Shown here: one piece after another, positions 1 through 8,750 of the stretch
How the letters are laid out: each line of letters opens with the position of its first letter
Numbering within the stretch: position 1 is the first letter of the stretch
From: Camelus dromedarius
Lineage: Eukaryota
Length of the DNA: 64,000 nt
Direction: 5' to 3'
NCBI RefSeq assembly: GCF_036321535.1
Contig: NC_087438.1
Span: 79,980,001 to 80,044,000 of the forward strand
Position numbers and translations under genes: made by a program
The notes under the pieces: model-generated
What the model was told of the DNA's origin: nothing
Database searches by the model: none
Seen by the model: only the letters and a program-made list of their open reading frames with translations

Positions 1-291
1 TTTCCTTTTTATCCTACATATCTAAGCTCCATCCTTACTCCCCTAAAAAACTAGAAGACAGCTACCCTCGGCCACCCCTTGGGTAAACATGGATTCTCAA
101 AATCTCTCTATACATAGACATGAAACACTTAGAAACCACTCCCATGTTCTTCCATTTTAGTCATTGTGCGTTGAATGGGAAACGATCATGGTAGCAGCTC
201 CCAGTCATGATGCCAAGCATGAGGGACTCTACCAGGTATCAGCTTTTTTCCTTTTAGAGCTGAGTATTTCAGTAAAGCAGGACACGACATT

Positions 292-505
292 GAGTCGCCT
301 TTGAACACAGGCTTGAGCTGCACAGGTCCACTTATATGTGGACTTTTTTCAATAAATACTGTGGCACTACACATCCACAGTTGGCTGAATCTACGGATTC
401 GGAACCCCAGATCTGGAGTGGAGATTATGGGACTTGAGCATCCACAAATTTTGGTATCCACAGTGGTCCTGGCACCAATCTGCTGCAGGATGCCAAGGGA
501 TTACT
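292..505 (+). mobile_element. TcMar-Tigger MITE (Tigger2/MER2 family)
   Basis: 5' part TTGAACACAGGCTTGAGCTGCACAGGTCCACTTATATGTGGACTTTTTTCAATAAATA resembles the Tigger2 left end. 3' part TTTTGGTATCCACAGTGGTCCTGGCACCAATC...GGATGCCAAGGGATTACT resembles the MER2-type right end. Confidence 0.75.
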
Positions 506-519
506 ATTATGGATATGTA

Positions 520-538
520 TGTGTGTGTGTGTGTGTGT
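520..538. repeat. (TG)n microsatellite
   Basis: About 9 TG units read directly. Confidence 0.95.
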
Positions 539-2242
539 ATATAAAATAAATACACATCTATAGATATACACACTAATGCACATACTCACATTATTTTAGT
601 TATTGTTATTTTAAGAAGTATTTTTTTTAAAGTTCCCTTCTTTCCCTTTCCTCAATATAACATTTTAAGAAATACTACTTTGAAAGGAAGCAAAGCAAAA
701 TGCAGGAAACAAGAGCCTAGCTTGGCCGCTACCTCTCTAGGGTCCAGCAAATTAGTTGTTCACATACTGATTTAGTCTCTAGTCTCTCCTGACCTTTGGC
801 TTGGAGGATAAAGTAATGAACTTGTTTTGCTTTTCCCTAGGGTACAGCTAGACTTATCATCTCCCTTCAGCTGCTGGGAGGAAACACAGCACTGCTAGAT
901 AAAGCTGATGCAGACTTTGGAGGTTTTGTGATATGTGCCAATTAACTAACTGATTTTTCTAATGTAATTTGAAAAATTCATAGTTTTTGTTTATCATTTG
1001 TAAAGGATGACACTTTAAAACTGGTGTGCTGCTTCATTCATTTTAAAGCTCAAAGATGGGTGTGTAAGAGGAAACGAAGACGTGTGAGATTTGATCCTGT
1101 GCGCGGAGGCTTCATGAGAAGGGAGGTGCCCTTTCTGAGTGTAGCCCCATTGATCTCCTAAAGTTAGCTGCAGATAACTTGTTTTGAAAATGTTGGCTTT
1201 GTAAATAGAAATGGAAATCATTAAAACAAAGAAGGAAATGAAAGTAGAACCTGAGAACTAGAATACAGTGTTGGAAATGACCACAGACAACTAAGTGCAT
1301 GAATCAATGACTGTTCGCAAGCTTTCCACTTCTTCAGTTCATGGTGCTGTTTGATGTCACGTGAGCAGGATAGTGTGGTCAGAGCAGGTAACACATTCTT
1401 GGCATTCTTTCCTCATTAACTTCCATTTCCCAAAGGTACCTTGAATAAAATAGACATATCTGAACCATCTTCAGAAACTAGATCCTCAGTTTACAAAATC
1501 AACCAAAAGTAGATTGGAGTGGGTTGGTAATGTGCTGCGCTTTCCTGCACCATCATGCATGCATAAACAATATTACTTAGCATCTGTAGCATCCATCAAG
1601 ATTTCTCTGCTGCATGTAAGGTGAAAGGAAGGAGCATAATTAAGTCCCAGCTTTGAAGCTGTTGTGTTAATTGTTAACTTTTGCTGAGTCTGTACATTAA
1701 AAAAGGTAACAATCTCAGCATGTTAAGATCATAACTGTTAGATTCACGCTTGGAGGCGGCAGCTGTGCTGATGTGTGGCATTAATGGCTGGGTGAGTTCA
1801 ATCAGATATGCTGCCTCCAGTGCCTTTGTGTAATGGTGTTTACTAGATTTCAAATGGACTGCTGAGAAAGATGAAATATAATCGCAGGTATAATCTCTGT
1901 CTTGAAAAAAATAGATAATGAAATTGTTCTCTTGTTGGCATATATTTTATTAACCTTTGTGGAATCAACTTAAAGAACGGATACCCCTATAGAGTTGAAA
2001 CCTTTTGCTTAAGTGGAGTGTTATTAAATGTATTTGTGAGTCTCGGAATAGTAGGGTTGAGTAGAACAGGTAAGTTGTTTTTTTTTTTTAAACCACTCTG
2101 AGAATAATATGGCATATTCTGGGGCTAGCTGGAGAGGAAAAAAAATGCAGTGTGGATTATACACAACTAAATTTTTTTTTCTTCCTTCTTTCCTTCCTCC
2201 CATCCCCCCTCCACCTTTCCTTCCTTCCTTTTTTATTCACAG

Positions 2243-2302
2243 AGCCTGGAGAAAGTTCTTGTGGAATTCAGTCACAAGGAATTGTTTGATTTCTATAACA
2301 AG
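2243..2302 (+). CDS. COMMD10: COMM domain-containing protein 10, penultimate coding exon (60 nt, phase 0/0)
   Basis: Translates SLEKVLVEFSHKELFDFYNK, matching the COMMD10 C-terminal COMM domain as I recall it. Flanked by a long pyrimidine tract and CAG acceptor (AG 2241-2242) and a GT donor at 2303. Confidence 0.96.
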
Positions 2303-2668
2303 GTCTGTATTTTTAAAATAATTTCTGATATGTGGGATTTTTCACAATGTTTCCTCCATTTTATGAATTCTTATTTTTAAATGCCCTATTATGAAGCTAA
2401 GTTCTTTAAACTTCCCTTGTAAACACCTTATGTTTCACAGTAGGAAGCATTGCCGAGATGAAGAGAATCTCACACACTAAATCAGGAAGAAAATGGATAT
2501 GGTTTTAATTAAAGCAATAGGATTGTTGCTTTAATGTAAAACATTAAGTAATGAACTGTGTGGTATCTAGCCACACTAGCAGTTTAAATATAGGTAGTGT
2601 TAAATATTTTAAATTCTGGGCCCAGGGAAAAAGGAAGATACCAGGCCTTTAAAAATTTATCTTTGAGG

Positions 2669-2708
2669 GTTTCTTTTTGAATACTGATGTTTCTTTTTGA
2701 ATACTGAT
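2669..2708. repeat. Perfect 20-bp tandem duplication in the last COMMD10 intron
   Basis: GTTTCTTTTTGAATACTGAT occurs twice (2669-2688, 2689-2708). Confidence 0.95.
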
Positions 2709-3031
2709 TTTATAACCCAGGAAAATGCACTGCTCCTCCCATCCCCTCGCAGCACCCACCCTTTAAAAATCTTTAGTGATCAATTAAAATGAAACAGCTG
2801 GGCGCATTTAAAACAGTAATATTTAGACATCCTTCTTTACAAATTTGAAAACTCAGCAAACAGGAATTCTAATATCGTCACATAAAAAGAAAAATTTTCT
2901 AAATAGTATATTTATTGCTGTATGAGTAGATTTAAAACATGTAGTTGACAATACCATTCTTTTCCTTCATTTGCGTGTTTCTAAACAACACTTCACATGA
3001 ATTTCTTTGTCTTCACCAACTTCTCTCTCTC

Positions 3032-3054
3032 TTTTTTTTTTTTTTTTTTTTTTT
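3032..3054. repeat. T23 homopolymer in the acceptor pyrimidine tract
   Basis: 23 consecutive T ending 14 nt before the last coding exon. Confidence 0.95.
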
Positions 3055-3068
3055 GTCTTTGTAAATAG

Positions 3069-3107
3069 CTGGAGACCATACAAGCACAGCTGGATTCCCT
3101 TACATGA
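3069..3107 (+). CDS. COMMD10: COMMD10 terminal coding exon
   Basis: After a TAG acceptor (AG 3067-3068) it reads LETIQAQLDSLT with TGA at 3105-3107. This is in frame with the upstream exon and matches the recalled COMMD10 C-terminus. Confidence 0.97.
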   Translation: METIQAQLDSLT

Positions 3108-3516
3108 TGTCCTCGAAGACTGGTTTCTCCAGCACACTCCTGCCGCCTCATTCATTTGCATTGAAGATAAACTGCCAGGTTGTGTTTTCTGAAGGATTCA
3201 GTAGCTTTCTTCTTCCAAATTATACGGCTTATTGCTTCTTAGACAAATAACAACCAAAGAAAATCATTGTTCTGAGTACGGAGGTTCTAATATACACTCT
3301 CTAGTTCCGTGAGCCAATAGCAAGCAATTATTAAGAACATTTTTGTCTTAAAGGAAACAAAAGTGAATATCATACTGTTTTTACTGTCCTATTTTTGCTT
3401 TATTACTTGACTTGTTTATCTTTTACATACTTGATGATACTTTTATGTATCAAGGAGGGTCCATGGATACAAAGTAAAATGTATACCTTAGAACACAGAA
3501 CTTCAGTAATTACATT

Positions 3517-3522
3517 AATAAA
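3517..3522 (+). terminator. Proximal polyadenylation signal AATAAA
   Basis: Canonical hexamer with upstream TGTA (about 3480), a second ATTAAA at 3545-3550 and a downstream T-rich tract (about 3562). Confidence 0.5.
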
Positions 3523-3792
3523 AGTACGAAAGTGGCCACATGCAATTAAATACATTATGGCAGTTTTTCTTTGCTATAACGAGTCTATTTTGCTTGGGAA
3601 ATAATATAGGAAAGAAATTTTAAATAGAGCTAGTTCAGTCTATCATTAAGTTCAATTGTGAGCATCTCTGTGCACTTGAATTTTTTTCTCTGAGTTTAAT
3701 GATTTAATAACAGTTCAGGGTTTGGGGTGCTTTTCTTTGTGCTGCAAATTAATAATGATTCATTTCATAGTGTGGGAGACAGTCAAATCATG

Positions 3793-3798
3793 AATAAA
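3793..3798 (+). terminator. Distal polyadenylation signal AATAAA
   Basis: Canonical hexamer about 690 nt after the stop, followed by T-rich sequence. Confidence 0.6.
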
Positions 3799-4036
3799 GA
3801 TAATTGTCATGAGTGCTAAATGAATAGCCTTAAAATTTTAAAACAAATACCTTTTACATTCTCTTTCTATAAATTTGTTAATTAATTTCAGTCAGTAAGA
3901 TTTTTATGTCTTAGAATTAGTTGAACTGAAGTACATAGTGTTTTATGCTATGGATATTTATAAATGTATGGTTGCCTGCAGAAAATAATATCAGTTGAAT
4001 TTTTATAAATGAACTGTCTATACTATATTGTTTCCA

Positions 4037-4106
4037 GAGAGAAAGACAGAGAGGGAAGGAAGGCAGGAGAGAAGGGAGAGGGGAGGGAGGGAGAAAATGA
4101 GAGAGA
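4037..4106. repeat. Polypurine (GA-rich) low-complexity tract
   Basis: About 70 nt almost entirely A/G. Confidence 0.85.
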
Positions 4107-5129
4107 ACAACAGAGTTTCAAACGTGACTTTCTTCACATGAAGGAATTTGATTGCAGAAATAGTTAAACAAACAGAACCACTGAATTTAAATCACATTCC
4201 TTATATGAGGTATCTGAGTAATGTGATTGTTAAAGGTCTCCCAAATAAATGTTCAGTATGTGGAATTTATGCCTTTACTTATGTGTGCTTGTATGTTGTT
4301 ACTTAGAAGGATTAGGGGTTTGGATTATTTCAGAAAGTAAATATTACAGTTGCTCTCTGTAGGTGGTTGATTTGAAAAGTTTTGAACTCAAGCTTCCATT
4401 GATAGGCTGTCTGGAAGACATGTTTATAATATGATGGGATTTGTTTCCACATGTAGCTTATGGGATCTGTCTTATATTATTATGCTCTATTCTGCTGGTC
4501 CCCAGAAGAAACTACCTGACTCCTATCAACATTTTGGTAAATATTCGTTCAGCTTCTTCTTATGCACAAATAAACGTCCATCATTTCAAGTTGAATTTGT
4601 TCGGCCATCCTGACAGTGGCCGTATGGACATGTGGAGGTTGTCATCAGTTTAATGGCCGACCTAACTCCCAGTGTAGGTATCTAATTTAAATGTGATATT
4701 TCAAAATGAAATTTCCTATTAATAGCTTGAAATGGTGGTAAGTAGTTTTCTCGCCATTAGTCTAGTTTTAAAAAGTCTGACCAAGGGCATTGAAGGAAGG
4801 ACAAGTAAGTAGAAGGTCTAATGCCAACTAACAACATAATTATTGCTGAAATATATTTAATTACAGATAATTTTATTTCTTAAGGCATCGCCATTGTTAG
4901 GATGCACAAGTCAAAGAAAGTATCATTCCCAAAGATTATTAAATGTGTTCCTTTTTCATAGAAATAAGGTGGATGGAGTGATTAAGTGGGAACTGAAGCC
5001 TACCATCATAGCAGATAAACGTATCTGTATGAGTGCTTGTCATGAGGATTGGATAAAATATAATTACTTGTTAGAAAGGAATACTACAAATATTGGCAAT
5101 TGTCCAATTATAAAATATGATTATTTTAA

Positions 5130-5580
5130 ATTAGGAAATGCCAAAAAATCATAAAGGAGGAACCTAAAATTATAGAGTCTCATCATCTAGAAATGACCAT
5201 TGACATTTTGATAGATTTTATTGAAGGTTATTTTTTTTCTATTCATGTATCTTCCTCCTTTTTTTTTTCTTTCCTAACAAATTAGAGTAATGCAATAAAT
5301 AATTTCATACTTTGCTTTGCTTTTATAATATTATAAACATTTTTAGTTTCCTTATTGTCTAAAACATAACTTTAATGTATACTAAGTAGTCCTTCATTTG
5401 AATGAGCTTTATTTAGTTATCTAATCTATTGTTGGACATTTAGATTATTTCCCATTTCTTAACATACTAAAGAACTCACTGGTAAAATCATCATAAATAA
5501 ACCCTAAACCACATTTCTCATTATTTTAATAATATAGATTCCTAGAGGTGGGATTATTATGCCAAAAGCATGAAGATTTA
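5130..5580 (-). mobile_element. Ancient L1 (L1ME-like) 3' fragment
   Basis: TTGTTGGACATTTAGATTATTTCC and GATTCCTAGAGGTGGGATTATTATGCCAAAAGCATG resemble antisense L1ME 3' UTR. Confidence 0.55.
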
Positions 5581-6154
5581 TTTTCTATTTTTTCATTTAA
5601 CGGGATTTTATTATAAAAATAAAATTGCCTATTGTAAAAAAAAAAAAGTACATGAAAAAGTTTCTCTGTTTTGCTGTCTCACTCCCCAAAAGTACCTACC
5701 TAACTAGTTAGAAACATTTGGTTTATATCTTCAGGTATCTCATGTAAATGCAAATGCACATACACTCCTCTTTGTGTATTTTTTTAAAATTTACATTTGT
5801 TTTAAGGCCATTTTTGCATATTGATATATTATTTTCCCAGTCAATATATTGTTGGTGAGGGTATATCTATTTATACTCTCACAACAATAAATGAGAATTC
5901 ACCTGCCCAAAGCCAGCTTCATCAACACCTTCCTCTTACTGTACATTTCCTTTTCAGCATTCTTTTTAAGTTGGAATAGGTTTTGGAAAGAGTGTGGAGT
6001 GAGAGTGGGTTGGAGATTGAAGCATCACTGATTACTTGGTTTATGTTATATTAATAATTCCAGAGGGATTGAAGAGGAAAATCTCTTCTAAAATCAGCAA
6101 ATGTGAAAGACAGTTGTGCAGTATTTAAGTGTAAGGGCATTGCAGTCAGACGTT

Positions 6155-6575
6155 TATTTCCTCCACAAATATCTGGTGTCTGTGGTGCCAGGAACTGTGT
6201 GTACACTAGGCACTGTATTAACAGTGATGAGCAAAACTCATGTAACTCCTGGCTTCTTGAAGTGCAGTGTGTTAGTTAAAAAGCAAGCAAAATAAATTGT
6301 GAACAAGTATGGGATGAAAAATAATTGGATCCTCTGAAGAGAAAAATAAAAGATAGGACCAAATATAGATGGGGCATCAAGGAAAGGCTCTGAGGAAGTG
6401 AGATTTGAGCTGAGTCCTGTAGGATGAAGTTAGAATGAAGAAATAGCAGAAGAGACCGAAAAGCATTCTAAATGGAGAATAGCCTATACAGAACCCAGAG
6501 ACTGGAAAAGACTTAGTGCATTTCGGGAACCAGAGAAAACCAGTATGGCTGGAGAGTCGTGAACAAGGGAGTGCT
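6155..6575 (-). mobile_element. L2 LINE 3' fragment
   Basis: ACAAATAT...GTGCCAGGAACTGTG and GGAAAGGCTCTGAGGAAGTGAGATTTGAGCTGAGTCCTG are typical antisense L2 3' motifs. Confidence 0.75.
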
Positions 6576-6816
6576 GTTCAGTTCGAGAGGTAGTCTGTCA
6601 CTTCTACCACCAGAATATCTTGCAGTTGTATTTCCAAGACACTACTTTTTCAGGCTTCTGTCATCTTTGCCCTGAACTGCCCTTCCCTTAGACCCCTTCA
6701 GTCCAGTCTCCACACAGACCTAATATTTCCTAAACATTAATCATACTAAGTACACTGTCTCCCTGCTTTAAACCCTTCAAAGATTTCTCATTACACTTCA
6801 AATAAAATGTAAGTGT

Positions 6817-7028
6817 CTGGACTCTCAGGACAGACTAAGAGTCTTATTCTAGTTCTACTGCCTTTTGTGTTACGTAATTTGCTAAAGCTCAGTTTCCTCA
6901 TCTTTGTGATGGGAATAATGATCATCTAAATCACATGGGAGTATAATGAAGATTAAATGAGATAATTCATGTTAAACATATAGCGTAATTCCTGATTTGC
7001 AATAATCACACAAATGTTAGTGTCATTT
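6817..7028 (+). mobile_element. MIR SINE
   Basis: Core CTCAGTTTCCTCATCTTTGTGATGGGAATAAT...GATTAAATGAGATAAT. Confidence 0.85.
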
Positions 7029-7349
7029 TCATAATCACTCAGAAAATAGCCAGGCTTTCTGTTGAAATTATTCCAGATGAGGTTTGAATTCAAGTCAAAA
7101 TTGAAGATGGCTTGCTGTGAAGCCCCTTCATGTTGAATCTAGTTACTGAGTTCCAATAACAACTCTATCTTATGATAACTAGATGTGAACATAGTGCCCA
7201 TCTATCCCATTCTTAGTTTTTCATTAACGAGGTAATAGGTATGGGATCAGAAACAGAAATTTGTTTTTTCTGTGACTGTCTTTCTACATAACTCTTCTGG
7301 CTCTGAGGATTCTTTTTCTCTAACTCTGTTCAGTGAATTTTTATCTCTT

Positions 7350-7515
7350 TTTTTTAAATTGAAGTATATTTGATATACTTCAGATGTACAGCAAAGTGAT
7401 TCATATATTTATTCATATATATATACTTTTTCAGATTCTTTTCCGTTATAGGTCATTACAAGATACTGAATTAGTTCCCTGTGCTATACAGTAGGTCCTT
7501 GTTGTTTATCTATTT
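7350..7515 (-). mobile_element. 5'-truncated L1 3' end with 14-bp target-site duplication
   Basis: TTTTAAATTGAAGTATA...CAGATGTACAGCAAAGTGATTC...GTTCCCTGTGCTATACAGTAGGTCCTTGTTG. Flanks AATTTTTATCTCTT (7336-7349) and AATTTTTATGTCTT (7516-7529) match 13/14. Confidence 0.85.
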
Positions 7516-7576
7516 AATTTTTATGTCTTCTTACCTTAAACAATGTCTTCTACACCTTATTTATTATTTATTTTAC

Positions 7577-8259
7577 CACGGGTCTGCAAACTAGGGCCTT
7601 TGGGCCTAATCCAGCCGACCCCTGAGTGTGGGCAGCGCCTGTTAGCTCGCTTCTAACCAATCAAATATGGCAAAGGTAATGGGATGTCACTCCCGTGACT
7701 GTTACATTGTGTAAAATTCTGTTGTGCTACCAGACTCACTCTAGAGACTTTCTCCCTTCTTGGCTTTGAAGAAGCCAGCTGCCGTATTGTTAAGAGGGGC
7801 TGTGGACAGAGCCACAAGGCGAGGAACTACGGGTGATCTCTAGGGGCCAAGGGCAACCAGGAGCCACCAGGAAGCTGAGGCCCTAAGCCCTCAGCCTTTC
7901 AGCCACAAGGAAATAAATCTTCAGACAACCTGAGTGAGTTTTGAAGTGGATTCTTTCCCTGTTAAGCCTCCAGATGAGACCAGAGTCCCACCGACTGACT
8001 GCAACTTTATGAAAGACCCAGACTCCTGACCCGTGATAATTGTGATGTGTGTTGGTTTAAACTTCTACATTTGTAATAATTTGTTATGTTATAGAAGATA
8101 AATATCCACCGTGCTCTTTCATTTGCATATAGTCACATAGTCTTCGGCTGCTTTTGTACCGCAACAGCAGAGTTAAGTAGGTGCAACAGACAGCATATAC
8201 CCAGAAAGCCAAAAATATTTACCACCTGGCTCTTTACATGAAACGTTCGCAGACTGGTT
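7577..8259 (+). mobile_element. MER58A-like hAT element split by an MLT1 insertion (pieces about 7577-7622 and 8105-8259)
   Basis: Left end CACGGGTCTGCAAACTAGGGCC...TGGGCCTAATCCAGCC. Right part GGCTGCTTTT...CAGCAGAGTTAAGTAG...AAAATATTTACCACCTGGCTCTTTACA. Confidence 0.8.
7623..8104 (+). mobile_element. MaLR LTR (MLT1E/F-like)
   Basis: GCTGGCTTTGAAGAAGC-like motif, CCAGGAAGCTGAGGCCC, GAAGTGGATTCTTTCCC..AGCCTCCAGATGAG and the MLT1-type end GTGTTGGTTTAAAC...TAATTTGTTAT. Confidence 0.8.
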
Positions 8260-8334
8260 CCTTATACCATGCTTCCCTGGGGCATCCCTAGGGGAATGTA
8301 GCAGTTGGTGGGGGACACCTAAATCTGTCAGGTG

Positions 8335-8750
8335 TGGTAAATGTTTCTGTGGCATCGCTTTTGCTTTAATTTTTGCCAGCCACATGGCCATCCAATTGGA
8401 AGTGGTATTTTTCCATGTTCTGGAACTACTGCAGCCATGTGACTAGGTCTCACCAACGAAATGTGTGTGGAAATTATGTTCCTCTTCACTTTTCTTTCCC
8501 CTTTCTGTGACTGAAACATGGATTTGGAGCTAAATCAGCTTTGACTGAGCAGATGAGGATGATGCCTCCAGAGGCAAGGAGCAACAAGACGGAAGGAAGC
8601 TGGGCCCCTGCACGTCCTCATGGAGCAGTACTGCTGGTGTGCCCTTGAGGGGCTGCTGTCTCCAGACCGCACATGAGAAATAAAACACTTTGTTTAGCAA
8701 CTATATTAGGTATCTCTTTAACCCAACAGCTTAGCCTACAGCGTAACATA
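8335..8750 (+). mobile_element. MaLR LTR (MLT1I/J-like)
   Basis: GCCATGTGACTAGGTCTCACCAACGAAATGTG, AGCAACAAGACGGAAGGAAGCTGGGCCCCTG and AGAAATAAAAC...CAGCTTAGCC. Confidence 0.7.

Larger units (their letters stand above)
3108..3815 (+). other. COMMD10: COMMD10 3' UTR (3' end approximate)
   Basis: AT-rich, repeat-free sequence from the stop codon to just past the AATAAA at 3793. Confidence 0.7.

Noticed and set aside
1356-1365. GTCACGTGAG, a 9/10 match to the TFEB CLEAR motif
   Set aside because: Single intronic copy far from the promoter, and such matches are frequent by chance.
2431-2461. Possible NAGNAG acceptor (TTTCACAG TAG) giving EALPR* as an alternative COMMD10 end
   Set aside because: Short pyrimidine tract, only about 140 nt into the intron, and no other support.
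4602-4626. Small hairpin CGGCCA-N9-TGGCCG downstream of COMMD10
   Set aside because: 6-bp stem only, with no snoRNA boxes or miRNA-length stem.
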